A stretch of 62,351 nt of DNA, the filler included, from Chiloscyllium plagiosum (Eukaryota): NCBI RefSeq assembly GCF_004010195.1. It is 3 parts of one record of this genome, joined end to end, with 100 filler letters (N's around TTAATTAATTAA, not from the genome) between each part and the next. Parts side by side here need not be neighbours in the genome. Positions count along the whole stretch, not along the records: positions 1 to 30,461 come from NC_057717.1; 2 more parts are not named here. One strand, written 5' to 3'. The position numbers and the translations under genes were made by a program. Shown here one piece after another: positions 13,673-25,469 of the stretch. Positions within the stretch are counted from its first letter, which is position 1. Each line of letters begins with the position of its first letter. The notes below the pieces were generated by a model that saw nothing but the letters and a program-made list of their open reading frames with translations, searched no databases and was not told the DNA's origin.

Positions 13673-13846
13673 TAGATTACATTACAATGTGGAAACAGGC
13701 CCTTCGGCCCAACAAATCCACACCGACCCGACGGGGAGAATATGCAAACTCCACACAGTCAGTCGCCTGAGTCGGTGAATTGAACCCGGGTCTCTGGCGC
13801 TGTGAGACAGCAGTGCTAACCACTGTGCCACCGTGCCGCCCAAACG
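13673..13846 (-). mobile_element. Internally deleted HE1-type tRNA SINE, present only in the left arm
   Basis: The minus strand gives GGGCGGCACGGTGGCACAGTGGTTAGCACTGCTG...GGGTTCAATTCACC (A and B boxes) and 3' end GGGCCTGTTTCCACA. The empty site is at ~19971. Confidence 0.9.
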
Positions 13847-14069
13847 TAATTTGAAGATACGTTTGTACGTGTCCTCGTATTTTTTGTCCAATAAATTCAT
13901 GTCTTCAAAGTATCTGTTTTAAAATGAGTACATCATTCTCTTAAATTTGAATCCTTAGTTCTAGTCTCACATAACCATAGGAAACCATCAGCTATGCAAC
14001 TGGTACACTATCCTCAAGATCTTATATGGTTCAATATGAACATCACTCTTTCTCAATCCTGAAGTACTC

Positions 14070-14410
14070 TGGTCCTATAGAGTTTTATAAAATGATGAGG
14101 GGCATGGAAATGGTGACATTTCCTTGGTTAGGGGAATCCAAAACTAGATCACATAAAATTGAGGCGAGAGGGGAAAGATTTAAAAGAGACAAAAGTGGTA
14201 ACCTTTCCATGGAGTGTATGGAATGAACTGTCAGAGGAAGTGTTGGAAGCTGGGACAATTACAGCATTTAAAGTCCTTTGGTTTGGTGCATGAATAAGCA
14301 GTGTTCAGTGGGATATGGGCCAAATGCTGGCAAATGGAACTAGATTAATTTAGGACAGCCAGTTGGCATGGGAACATTGGACGAAAGTTTCTGTTTCCAT
14401 GGTGTATGAC
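14070..14410 (+). mobile_element. CR1 3' fragment
   Basis: Reads IEFYKMMRGM...GESKTRSHK...GERFKRD, then 3' UTR 'gggatatgggccaaatgctggcaaatgg'; inverted copy at 19405-19745. Confidence 0.8.
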
Positions 14411-14474
14411 AGAATAAGGCCTTCTTTCCTGGAAAAAAAGTGAAGTGAAATATTTTTACAAAGGCAATTGAGTA

Positions 14475-14750
14475 TAGATCAGAATACTTACAGTGTGGAA
14501 AGAGGCCCTTTAGCCCAACAAGTCCACACCGACCCGCCACCCATCCCCCTACATTTATTCCTTCATCTAACTCTACAGGCAATTTAGCACGGCCAATTCA
14601 CCGAACCTGCACGTTTTTGGACTGTGCCAGGAAACCTACGCAGACACGGGGCGAATGTGCAAACTCCACGCAGAGAGTGGCCTGAGGTATGGAATTGAAC
14701 GCGGGCCTCTAGAGCTGTGAAGTAGTAGGGTAACCACTGTGCCACCGTGC
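14475..14750 (-). mobile_element. HE1-type tRNA SINE
   Basis: 'ttacagtgtggaaagaggccctttagcccaacaagtccacaccgacc...ccactgtgccaccgtgcc' is the reverse complement of a head-to-tail SINE. Confidence 0.9.
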
Positions 14751-15989
14751 CAATTCATTTACTATTCTGTTTAGGAAATCATAGCTTATACAATACATCT
14801 AATGTGACCTCAGGAATGCCCTCTACAGAGGCAGTAAAATGTCCTGACAACCTTTGTATAAAGTAGTCATTCTATATACTTTCCTAATCACTTGCCACTT
14901 TTGTAGCATAACTTTGTTTGATGTCTGTACCTTGATTTATAAATCCCTTTGCACACTGAGTTTTGCGACCTCGCGTCATTTAAACAGTTTACTGTTGTTT
15001 TACCTTTCTTACACAGTACAAACCTCGGTAGCCCAGCTTATACAGTTTCTGCTGAAGGTTTGCACACTAACCTCCCCTGTCTATATCCCATTACAGACCC
15101 TCTACCTCCACTTGACATCTTATTGAATGACTATCCTGGTGGCTGAGCTAATTGAACTCCAATACAATCAGTCCCCACATCCAAATCATTGACAGGTTCG
15201 AAATAGTTGCTGATCTTGCACTGATCTCTGAGGTACTAAATTAAAGTTTTCCAACCTGAAAATAAACATTTATCCCTTATGTCAACTTTCTGATAGTTAC
15301 TCAGGGCTCCACGTTCCTGTGTAGCAGCCTAGAAAAGTTGGACGGCCTCCTCCTGTGCTGTGTATTGTACTCAAACAGCTGAATAACTTCATCCTCTTCC
15401 TTTATAAAACCTTAGGGGGCACAAAGGTCTCATCGTGTCTCATTGTACCGATCCTGTCTGGCTGAATGGAATCTTCCTCTCCCTGTAACAGCCTCGAGGC
15501 CTTGGGTGAGACAACAACACATGGGGCAGGAGCAGCAGTTGGCCACTCAGCCCCGAGAGCCTGCTGCACCATTCGGAATGTGCATTGTTGACGTGATTGT
15601 AACTATACATCCCCTTCCTGTCTTTTCCCAATAAACATGGATTCTCTTGTTCACCAAAGGGTTATGGAACTCAGCCTTGAGTATTTTCAGGAACCCAGTC
15701 TTCACTGCTCCCTGGGGATTAGAACACCACAAATCACACAATCGCAAAGAGAAAGGAATATCCCCGTCTCAGTCTGAAATGGGAAGTTCCTTATTCTCAA
15801 AATGTGTTCCCCTCAAACCAATCACCACTCTTTTGATACACAAGGACACAAGAATTAGGAACAGATATAGACCATTCAGACCCTCAAATCTGTCCACATT
15901 TCCATTCACTGTCTTCAATCAAATACGTACCAAATGTAGCCTCCACTGAAGTTAAAGGAATTCCAGATACCATAAGCTCACAAGACTGT

Positions 15990-16270
15990 GGGAAATAAGA
16001 ACATATAACAATGCAGCACAGTACAGTCCTTCAGCGCACAAAGTTGTGCCATGCTTTTAGCCTACTTTAAGATAAAACTAAACGACATACCCTTAAATTT
16101 ACTTTCTTCCACGTGCCTATCCAAGAGTCATTTCACTGTCCCTAATGTATGCGATTCTACTACCACCGCTGGCAGTACATTCCACGCACCCAGCACTCTC
16201 TGTGTAATAAAAAAACCACTGCCTTTGACATCTTCCAAAACCTTTCTCCAAACACATTAAAATTATATTA
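15990..16270 (-). mobile_element. CR1 3' end fragment in the palindrome spacer
   Basis: 'agaacatataacaatgcagcacagtacagtccttcagc' tail plus 'cattccacgcacccagcactctctgtgt' (reverse complement of TQRVxxAWN). Confidence 0.75.
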
Positions 16271-17889
16271 ACGTGTAATAAATTCATCGCATCACCTTAC
16301 AAATGATTTGGTCAGAATTGCTTGGATGTAGTTGCAGTGGAAATACTCTTTAAGGTGTACACTCTGTGTAATGAATAATCTTCAAAGACAAATCACTTCC
16401 ACATTGCAGATCAAGCACAAATACTACTCCTCAGGAGCATTAGCCACTCTGAGTGTCCTCAGTACAATTATGATCCTCCCTATACCCAACTGTGTGTGTG
16501 TGTGTGCATGTGCAGATGGTGCTGTCAGTTTGCATGGTGCTATGATCTACCTCCCTCTCCCCACCTCCAAGACTGAATCCCTTACGGTTTTTTCCCTCCA
16601 CTGCCATCAATGCAGTAGAGTGTGAAGGCCAGCAGAGGCGGACATTGCATCACTTTAAACAACACAGAGGCTGGCAGAGACTAGTGCAGTCACACAGATA
16701 CTAAAGTACACAGAGACAAATACCAATACACTGATGCACGTGTACACAGATATACAGGCATCAGAACAGACACACCACAAACACTGACACACTGACCTTT
16801 ATACAGACATGGAGAAGCTGCCAGCATTTATTTTTCGCGTGGTGACTNNNNNNNNNNNNNNNNNNNNNNNNNNNNNNNNNNNNNNNNNNNNNNNNNNNNN
16901 NNNNNNNNNNNNNNNNNNNNNNNNNNNNNNNNNNNNNNNNNNNNNNNNNNNNNNNNNNNNNNNNNNNNNNNNNNNNNNNNNNNNNNNNNNNNNNNNNNNN
17001 NNNNNNNNNNNNNNNNNNNNNNNNNNNNNNNNNNNNNNNNNNNNNNNNNNNNNNNNNNNNNNNNNNNNNNNNNNNNNNNNNNNNNNNNNNNNNNNNNNNN
17101 NNNNNNNNNNNNNNNNNNNNNNNNNNNNNNNNNNNNNNNNNNNNNNNNNNNNNNNNNNNNNNNNNNNNNNNNNNNNNNNNNNNNNNNNNNNNNNNNNNNN
17201 NNNNNNNNNNNNNNNNNNNNNNNNNNNNNNNNNNNNNNNNNNNNNNNNNNNNNNNNNNNNNNNNNNNNNNNNNNNNNNNNNNNNNNNNNNNNNNNNNNNN
17301 NNNNNNNNNNNNNNNNNNNNNNNNNNNNNNNNNNNNNNNNNNNNNNNGTGGGTTTATATCACTTCATACAAAAGAGGGAAAAGGAGAGGAAGAGAGAGTG
17401 GTTTTGACCCCGTTTCAGTGATTCACTCCAAAAACAACAAGAGTTCCCATTGCACAGAGATCCACACACTAATGCAGGAACACATGTAACATACACACAG
17501 AGATAGACATGCACACAGTAATACACAGCAACATATATATAGACACACGCGAATAGACAAACACCAACAGAAACGTGCAGATACAGACTTGGTTGTGTAA
17601 ATACACATAGACCCATCGGGTTATACAGGGTATTTGCAAACAGACCTATCGGTCTAAACAGTCCATGCAGACAATAATTCCAAAATAAACCAGTCCCATC
17701 TGCCTGCGCTTGACCCACAATTGTCCAAATGTTTACTTATTCTTGTACTTAGTCAAATGCATTTTAAATGCTGTAGCTTTACCCACAATCCATCACTTCC
17801 TCAGGAAGTTCACTCACATAAGTGTAGAACGTCTTAAGATTTACCTACCCTCATTCACTCTCTACATGAACCACATGCTGTGTAAAAAA

Positions 17890-18475
17890 ATCTTTACGGG
17901 TCCTGATCAGGTGGACCCAATAACTCTGTAGGAAGCTCAGGAAGTGATTGCAAGCCCTTGCTGAAAGATTTTTTTTTCATCAATAGCCACAGGTGAGATG
18001 CTGGAAGTCATGAGTTAAACAAAATGGAAAGGAAGAGCTAGGGAACTATAAATTGGCGAACCTGATATCAGTGGTAGGCACGTTGTTAGAGGGAATCATG
18101 AGGTGCAGGATTTAGATGTATTTGGAAAGACAAGGACTGATTATGGACAGGCAGATGTGAGGACTGCAGATGCTGGAAATGAGACTCTAGATTAGAGGGG
18201 TGCTAGAAAATCATAGCAGTTCAGGCAGCATCTGAGGAGTAGGATAATCGAGGTTTTGGTCAAAAGCGCTTTATTAGGATAGGCAAATTGGGTTGTGCCT
18301 GGATAGTCATGCCTCACTAACTTGATTATTTCTTGTTAGAAGTAACGGAGAGGATTGATGAGGGCTGAACGCTGGATGTGATCTATATTGAATTCAGTTA
18401 GGCATTCGACAAGGTTCCGCATGTGAGACTGGTGAGCAAGGTTAGATCACATGGAATACAGGGGGAATTAGCCTT
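17890..18475 (+). mobile_element. CR1 RT fragment interrupted by a Penelope-derived half-element (~18155-18280)
   Basis: GPDQ.., 'catgcctcactaacttgatt' (CLTNLI) and 'ggcattcgacaaggttccgcat' (AFDKVPH). The insert begins 'gtgaggactgcagatgctgga'. Confidence 0.8.
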
Positions 18476-21400
18476 ATGGTATCTGGAATTCCTTTAACTT
18501 CAGTGGAGGCTACATTCGGTAAGTATTTGATTGAAGACAGTTAATGGAAATGTGGACAGATTTGAGGGTCTGAATGGTCTATATCTGTTCATAATTCTTG
18601 TGTATCAAAAGAGTGATGATTGGTTTGAGGGGAACACATTTTGAGAATAAGGACGTTCCATTTCAGACTGAGACTGGGATATTCCTTTCTCTTTACGATT
18701 GTGTGATTTGTGGTGTTCTCATTCCCAGGGAGCAGTGAAGACTGGGTTCCTGAAAATACTCAAGGCTGAGTTCCATAGCCCTTTGGTGAACAAGAGAATC
18801 CATGTTTATTGGGAACAGACAGGAAGGGGATGTGTAGTTACAACAATGCACATTCCGAATGGTACAGCAGGCTCTAGGGGCTGAGTGGCCAGCTGCTGCT
18901 CCTGCCCCATGTGATTTTGTCTCACCCAACGCCTCGAGGCTGTTACAGGGAGAGGAAGATTCCATTCAGCCAGTCAGGATCGGTACAATGAGACACGATG
19001 AGACCTTTGTGCCCCCTAAGGATTTATAAAGGAAGAGGATGAAGTTATTCAGCCGTTTGAGTACAATACACAGCACAGGAGGAGGCCATCCAACTTTTCT
19101 AGGCTGCTACAGAGGAACGTGCAGCCCTGAGTAACTATCAGGAAGTTGACATAAGGGATAAATGTTTATTTTCAGCTTGGAAAACTTTAATTTAGTACCT
19201 CAGAGATCAGTGCAAGATCAACAACTATTTCGAACCTGTCAATGATTTGGATGTGGGGATGTAGGGGGATGGGTGGCGGGTCGGTGTGGACTTGTTGGGC
19301 CAAACGGCCTCTTTCCACACTGTAAGTATTCTGATCTATACTCAATTGCCTTTGTAAAAATATTTCACTTCACTTTTTTTTCCAGGAAAGAAGGTCTTAT
19401 TCTGTCATACACCATGGAAGCAAAAACTTTCGTCCATTCTTTCCATGCCAACTGGCTATCCTAAATTAATCTAGTTCCATTTGCCAGCATTTGGCCCATA
19501 TCCCACTGAACACTGCTTATTCATGCACCAAACCAAATGGACTTTAAATACTGTAATTGTCCCAGCTTCCAACACTTCCTCTGACAGTTCATTCCATACA
19601 CTCCATGGAAAGGTTACCACTTTTGTCTCTTTTAAATCTTTCTCCTGTCGCCTTAATTTTATGTGATCTAGTTTTGGATTCCCCCAACCAAGGAAATGTC
19701 ACCATTTCCATGCCCCTCATCATTTTATAAAACTCTATAGGACCAGAGTACTTCAGGATTGAGAAAGAGTGATGTTCATACTGAACCATATAAGATCTTT
19801 AGGATAGTGTACCAGTTGCATAGCTGATGGACATTTCCTATGGTTATGTGAGACTAGAATTAAGGATTCAAATTTAAGAGAATGATGTACTCATTTTCAA
19901 ACAGATACTTTGAAGACATGAATTTATTGGACAAAAAATACGAGGACATGTACAAACGTATCTTCAAATTATACTTTATAAATTGCTGCTTCAGGGAGCA
20001 GGTTACAGGGATGGAGTCATACAATCCCGAGAATGTTCAAGGAGGCTTCACATGATCCAATATGGTGGTAAGATAACATTATTACATATTTCAGCTAAAA
20101 GATGTAGAGAATGCAACCTGCTTGAGAAGCCACAGCTTTTTGCTCCCTCTCTTTCCTTATTCCCGAAATGTCGATTTTCTTGCTCCTCGGATGCTGCCTC
20201 GCCTGCTGTGCTTTTCCAGCATTACAATTTCGACTCTGATCTCCAGCATCTGCAGTTCTCACTTTTTCTTAGCGCCTGAAGACTGTCACACACAGTTTGG
20301 TATGGTGTTGGAAATATTCTTGGGAAAAGAAAGAGTCGGTGCCAGTGTGAAACATCCTACTCCTCTCTCTTTACAGAACTGTGTTCATTTGTTGGTTGTG
20401 TTGCAGACCCAGATTCATTATGTGTGCAGCTCCCATACCTCACCCAGAGGTGGCTCACAAAATCATCTGGTCTCCCTGACTGCAATCTTCAATAACAGCA
20501 TTTCCATGAAAATAAATTTCCAATAACCGAATGCGAGAACAACAGAAACACAAATCAGTCATTCAGCCCTTTAAGCCAGTCTTTTCCTTCAATAAGATCA
20601 TGACTGATCTGCTCAATGTCTCTACTCCTCTTTTGTGCCCAATTTCTGCAGCTCTCAACTCTCTGATGCGTCAAATATCCATTGTGCACCCCACCCTCCC
20701 AAACTTCTCAGTGATCCATCTCCCTTAACCCTCTGGATAAGAAAGGTCCCGACAGTCACTACCTTCTGTGAGAAGGAAACACTCCGTGCACACACACCAT
20801 GACCTATTGACATGAATCAAAATATGAACACATGGTAAGAGTGACAGGCCTTGATATCAAAGCAGGATTTAACTGAGGATGGTATCAAGAAACCCGAAGA
20901 GAATTGAATGTAATGGGAATGATGTGCAAACTTCCCACTGGTTAAAGGCCATTCAGAGCTCAAGGGAAGATGTTTGTGTTTGGTGAGGATCAACCATCTC
21001 AGCCACAGGACATCTCTGTAGGCATCCTCTAGGTAGTTTTCTTCAGCTGCTTCAACATCTTTCCCAGAGGATACAGTCAGAAGTGGGAGATGTTCTCTGA
21101 AGATCGCATATTGTTCAGAAAAAGTTGTCACCTCTCTGCCGCTGAAGCAGTCTGTGTCCACGTGCAGCAAGACCTGGATAGCATTTAAACTGTGCTGTAG
21201 GTAAAATTCATGTAACAGTCCTACTAGACATTGCTCATCTCCACAGTTAAACATGAGGAGCTCATTCAGCACNNNNNNNNNNNNNNNNNNNNNNNNNNNN
21301 NNNNNNNNNNNNNNNNNNNNNNNNNNNNNNNNNNNNNNNNNNNNNNNNNNNNNNNNNNNNNNNNNNNNNNNNNNNNNNNNNNNNNNNNNNNNNNNNNNNN

Positions 21401-22977
21401 NNNNNNNNNNNNNNNNNNNNNNNNNNNNNNNNNNNNNNNNNNNNNNNNNNNNNNNNNNNNNNNNNNNNNNNNNNNNNNNNNNNNNNNNNNNNNNNNNNNT
21501 CATCTCCACAGTTAAACATGAAGAGCTCATTCAGCACCTCACGCTGGTTTCAACGGAATACAAGGACGCCATTCAACCCATTGAAACTATTGGATAAGGC
21601 CAAAAACTTCTTTCTGTCTATTACACAAGTAGGGAAAGAGTGCAGTCTGCACATCGAGGTGTTAAAGAGGAACCAGGAGTCACTAAGTCAGGTCCTTGAG
21701 CCACTTCCATATTACCAGGAAGAGGCATTGCAGCCTGTCAAGCTACTTATTCAGAAATAGGAGGATGTTGCTGATACCCCACAGATAGACTGCTGCATGC
21801 TGTTCCTCCTGGGTCTATTGCTCGTGGTAGGCACGTGCCACTTTAATGTGGTTTGCTGAAGATGAGGATGGAAAATGGATGTTTTGTGCAAAGTCTCAAG
21901 AAAATACCTTCTATCTCTGAGAAGACAGACTGGCGTTCCTGAGGATGTCAGAAGCTGGTGGGAATGGCTAATTCTTTCAGGAATAAGGCATTGTGCCTGC
22001 TGACAGACTTATGAACAGTGCAGGAGCGCAGACAACTGCACACTGAGACGCTGAGCGTTTATGTAGAGCATAATACTCCATTTCAACCAAATGGAGATTC
22101 GACACAGGTACGTGAAATATTAGGAAAAATGTATCATGTGGAAAATTCAAATTTTCACAATTTTTCTTGACATAATGAGTGTTAGTCCATAATCCTCAAG
22201 TTTAAATGTAATCACCTGCTATTCTCTTGCAGTGCTACAGATTAAATACTCATTTCATTTATACTCTCTTTTTCATCCAGAAATTAGTCTCGTGAAACTC
22301 CTTTGCACTCTCGATCGCAACAAAATCGTTCCGTACAAAGGAGATAAAATCTTCCAACAGTGCCCCAAATACTGTCCCAGCAACACTCTACAACTGCAGG
22401 AAGATGTCTTTACTTCTTTACTTGAATAATTTTGTAATGAATGACAACATACTATTCACTGTCCTGATTACTTGCCTTTTAACAACTGCAGTTCCCAACC
22501 TCTTATCTTCTCACCAATGCAAAATGGAAATGATTGCATTTGTTGGTCACATTCGAATTACTTTTTTGCCTTGTGAACAGTTGTGTTCCAAGAACTGATA
22601 CATTTGATACCCTATGAGCAATGACCTTCAGTTCAGAGCAGGACCTTACTCACTGTATTCCCCCCAATATCCAATTCTCAATCCAATTAGTATATTCACC
22701 CCTTACAGAAGGACTCTAATATTCTTCGCTCACCATTCAAATGCCTTCTGAAAATTTAAATATACCATTCCCATTGGTTCTCATTTGTCGATGTCACAAT
22801 CTACATCCTCCAAAAACTCCTAATAGTTTATCAAAAACGATTTTCCCTTCCCTGAATTTAGGCTGACTCTGCAAATCATATCATTATTCTCCAAAGATCT
22901 AGTTGTTATTAATGACAAAAAATCAAATATTTTCCACATAACTGACATCAATTTATCAATCAGTTGATAATCTATTG

Positions 22978-23019
<42 letters not shown>

Positions 23020-24939
23020 GTTTTAAGTATTTACGATAACAGTTGATACTTTCAAATCTGCAGGACCCTTTCCATAATATAAAGCGCTTTGACCAACTTT
23101 GACCTCCCTGATAGAGTTATGGAATTGACAGTACAGAAGGAAGCCACTGACCCATTGTGTCCGTTCCTGCTCAGGACAGATCTATCCAGCAAACTCAACT
23201 CTCCAGCCCTAAATCTGTGACCCTCTCAATTCATCACTCATCTGGTCCAGAAACTTCAATACAATGAGTTTTTTTTTCCCCAGTATTTCCACTTTAATAA
23301 TTCTAATTTCTTGCAGTTCCTCATTTTCCCCAGTCACTCTGCTCCTTAATATTTCAGGAGGATTTTCTGTTGTTTCCTCAGTGGAGACAGACCCAACATA
23401 TTTACCTCGCCAGACAGAGATAGCCTATGTCACCTCATGAATACACGAGAGGATGGCACTCTGACATAATGGGTATGTCACCCACTCCTGCCTGGAATGT
23501 TCCAGAGCAAAACCATTGTTAGAGATTGTAAGTACAGTCCTCTCCCTGGTGTGAGACTATTGGATATGCTGAAGGAGGTTCACAGCTCTGTGACCTCCAC
23601 ATTGTTGAAATAAACTGGCTTCACACTTTGCATCTGGAAAAGTATGTCATTGGGAAATATTTGTAGAAATTTCAGAAAAGATAGTGCAGTGTCCTGCTCC
23701 TCCCTGTAGACCCAGACACTCTATAAATGCAGTGCCCACACCTTGTCCAGAGTGGGAACACTAGACACTCGAATCTCCCTGAATGATCGCAGCAGCTGAC
23801 ACCACGAATCCGAGAATATCATCCACAGAACCTCCACTGACTTTCCACGACAGGAACAAGTCAAAACGCTGTAGACAGGCACATCCACTCAATGTTAAAA
23901 ATGCTTTTCGCTTCAGTTTGTATTCTGGGCTGAAAATCCATAGGATTTCTGCATAGTCGCTGTCACCTGAAATATTGACAGCTTTGTTCTCCATGGAAGT
24001 ATTTGACAATGTAACTGCACAATTTTCTTTATCTGTCATGATAATAGCAACACTGCTGTTTCTGATGGAATTGTTGGGGAGATGATGGTCTCGTGTTATT
24101 TTCTCCAGACAATAAATCCAGGGACCCAGGTACCTTCAATCTCCCTATAGCCGATGGTAGAATTTGAATTCAATAAATTATTTGCATGTAACAATCTAAT
24201 GAAAGATTGATGATTGTTAAAACTAAAAACCCCTGGCTTACTAGTATCCCTCAGGGAAGGAAACTTGCTACCGTCACTGGTTTGACCTACATGTTACTCC
24301 AGACCCTCAGCAAAGGTAGATTCTCAAATACCCTTTGAAGTGGCCAAGTCAACCATTCACTACAAGACCTCAAACAAGTGAAACCAGATAGACCTGGGAA
24401 CTGGCAGCCGACAGCACATCGAAGTACAATGGTTCAGAAAGGCAGTTCCCCAACAGCTTATCAAGAGCAAATAGGAAAGAGAAATAAACTCTGGCGCAGC
24501 CAACATCAAACATGCCCCATTCATAAAGGAAAGAAGATGGCCACGCTGAGGAAAGAGATCGAGGGGACAGAACTCACTTCAAAGAGGGACGTGCATATGT
24601 GCCCACACATGCATGAAACTCAGGAATATAGGAGGAGGTGAAAAATAAATTAAAATAATGTCACATTTTATTTCCATCCCAGCTGACTATCAATAATCCC
24701 TTTGTTTATGTATTCTATCTCTCTATTTCCCCATATATTTATCTCACCTCACCAACACACATCATATTAATTCCCAGCTGCTTTCGGATCTGATACATGG
24801 TCAGTGGACTCAAAATGTTAACTTTGTTTTTCTCTCGACACAGGCTGCCAAACCTGCTCCATTTCCCCTGCACTCTGTTTCTTTTTGGTTCAGGCTCCAG
24901 TATCTTCCATTGTTTGATATAACATATTTTTCCTTACTT

Positions 24940-25415
24940 TATGGGACAGAGGCCCTTCGAAACCACACTGACAATCTGAAAAGCATTGCTCCCAGACCCA
25001 CCTTATGCCCTACTCCTGCATTTCCCATGGCTAACCCGACTACTAATCTACCCCTGCATCTCACATAACTATTACACCTCGCTGCACATGATTGGTGGGA
25101 CTGTGGGAGGAACCTAGAGCACCTGGAGGAAACACTTGCAGACCCGGGGACAATGTGAAAATTCAATACAAAATGTCCTGAGGGCAGAAGCAAACTGGGT
25201 CCCTGCTACTATGAGACAGCCGTGCTAACCACTGAAACACCATGCCCCCTCCCGCTCCCCCAAACGGGGTCCCTGGGTACTGTGAGACAGCCGTGCTAAC
25301 CACCGAGACACCATACTCCCACCCCCACCCCCCAAACTGGGTCCCTGGTACTGTGAGACAGCCGTGCTAACCAATGAGTCACCATGCCCCCCCTCCCCGT
25401 CCCCTCCCCCAAAAC
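24940..25415 (-). mobile_element. tRNA SINE with three tandem head copies and an intact body
   Basis: Inverted counterpart of 7610-7950; retains the SINE body (25045-25195) that is missing in the left arm. Confidence 0.8.
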
Positions 25416-25469
25416 GGAGTCACTGTGCCTAGGTAATACTGGGGAAAATGTGAATAAAAGTGATGACCT

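Larger units (their letters stand above)
2982..15976. repeat. Left arm of large inverted segmental duplication (pairs with 18474-30461)
   Basis: Collinear reverse-complement match throughout, e.g. ORF pairs 3151-3456(+)/29968-30273(-), 11782-12051(-)/20531-20728(+), 14026-14226(+)/19589-19789(-). About 10 differences in ~205 bp hand-counted at 8848-9050. Confidence 0.96.

Noticed and set aside
16809..17489. Long ORFs in the track (also 2466-2751, 20817-21597, 59755-60907)
   Set aside because: Their length comes from N-runs translated as X.
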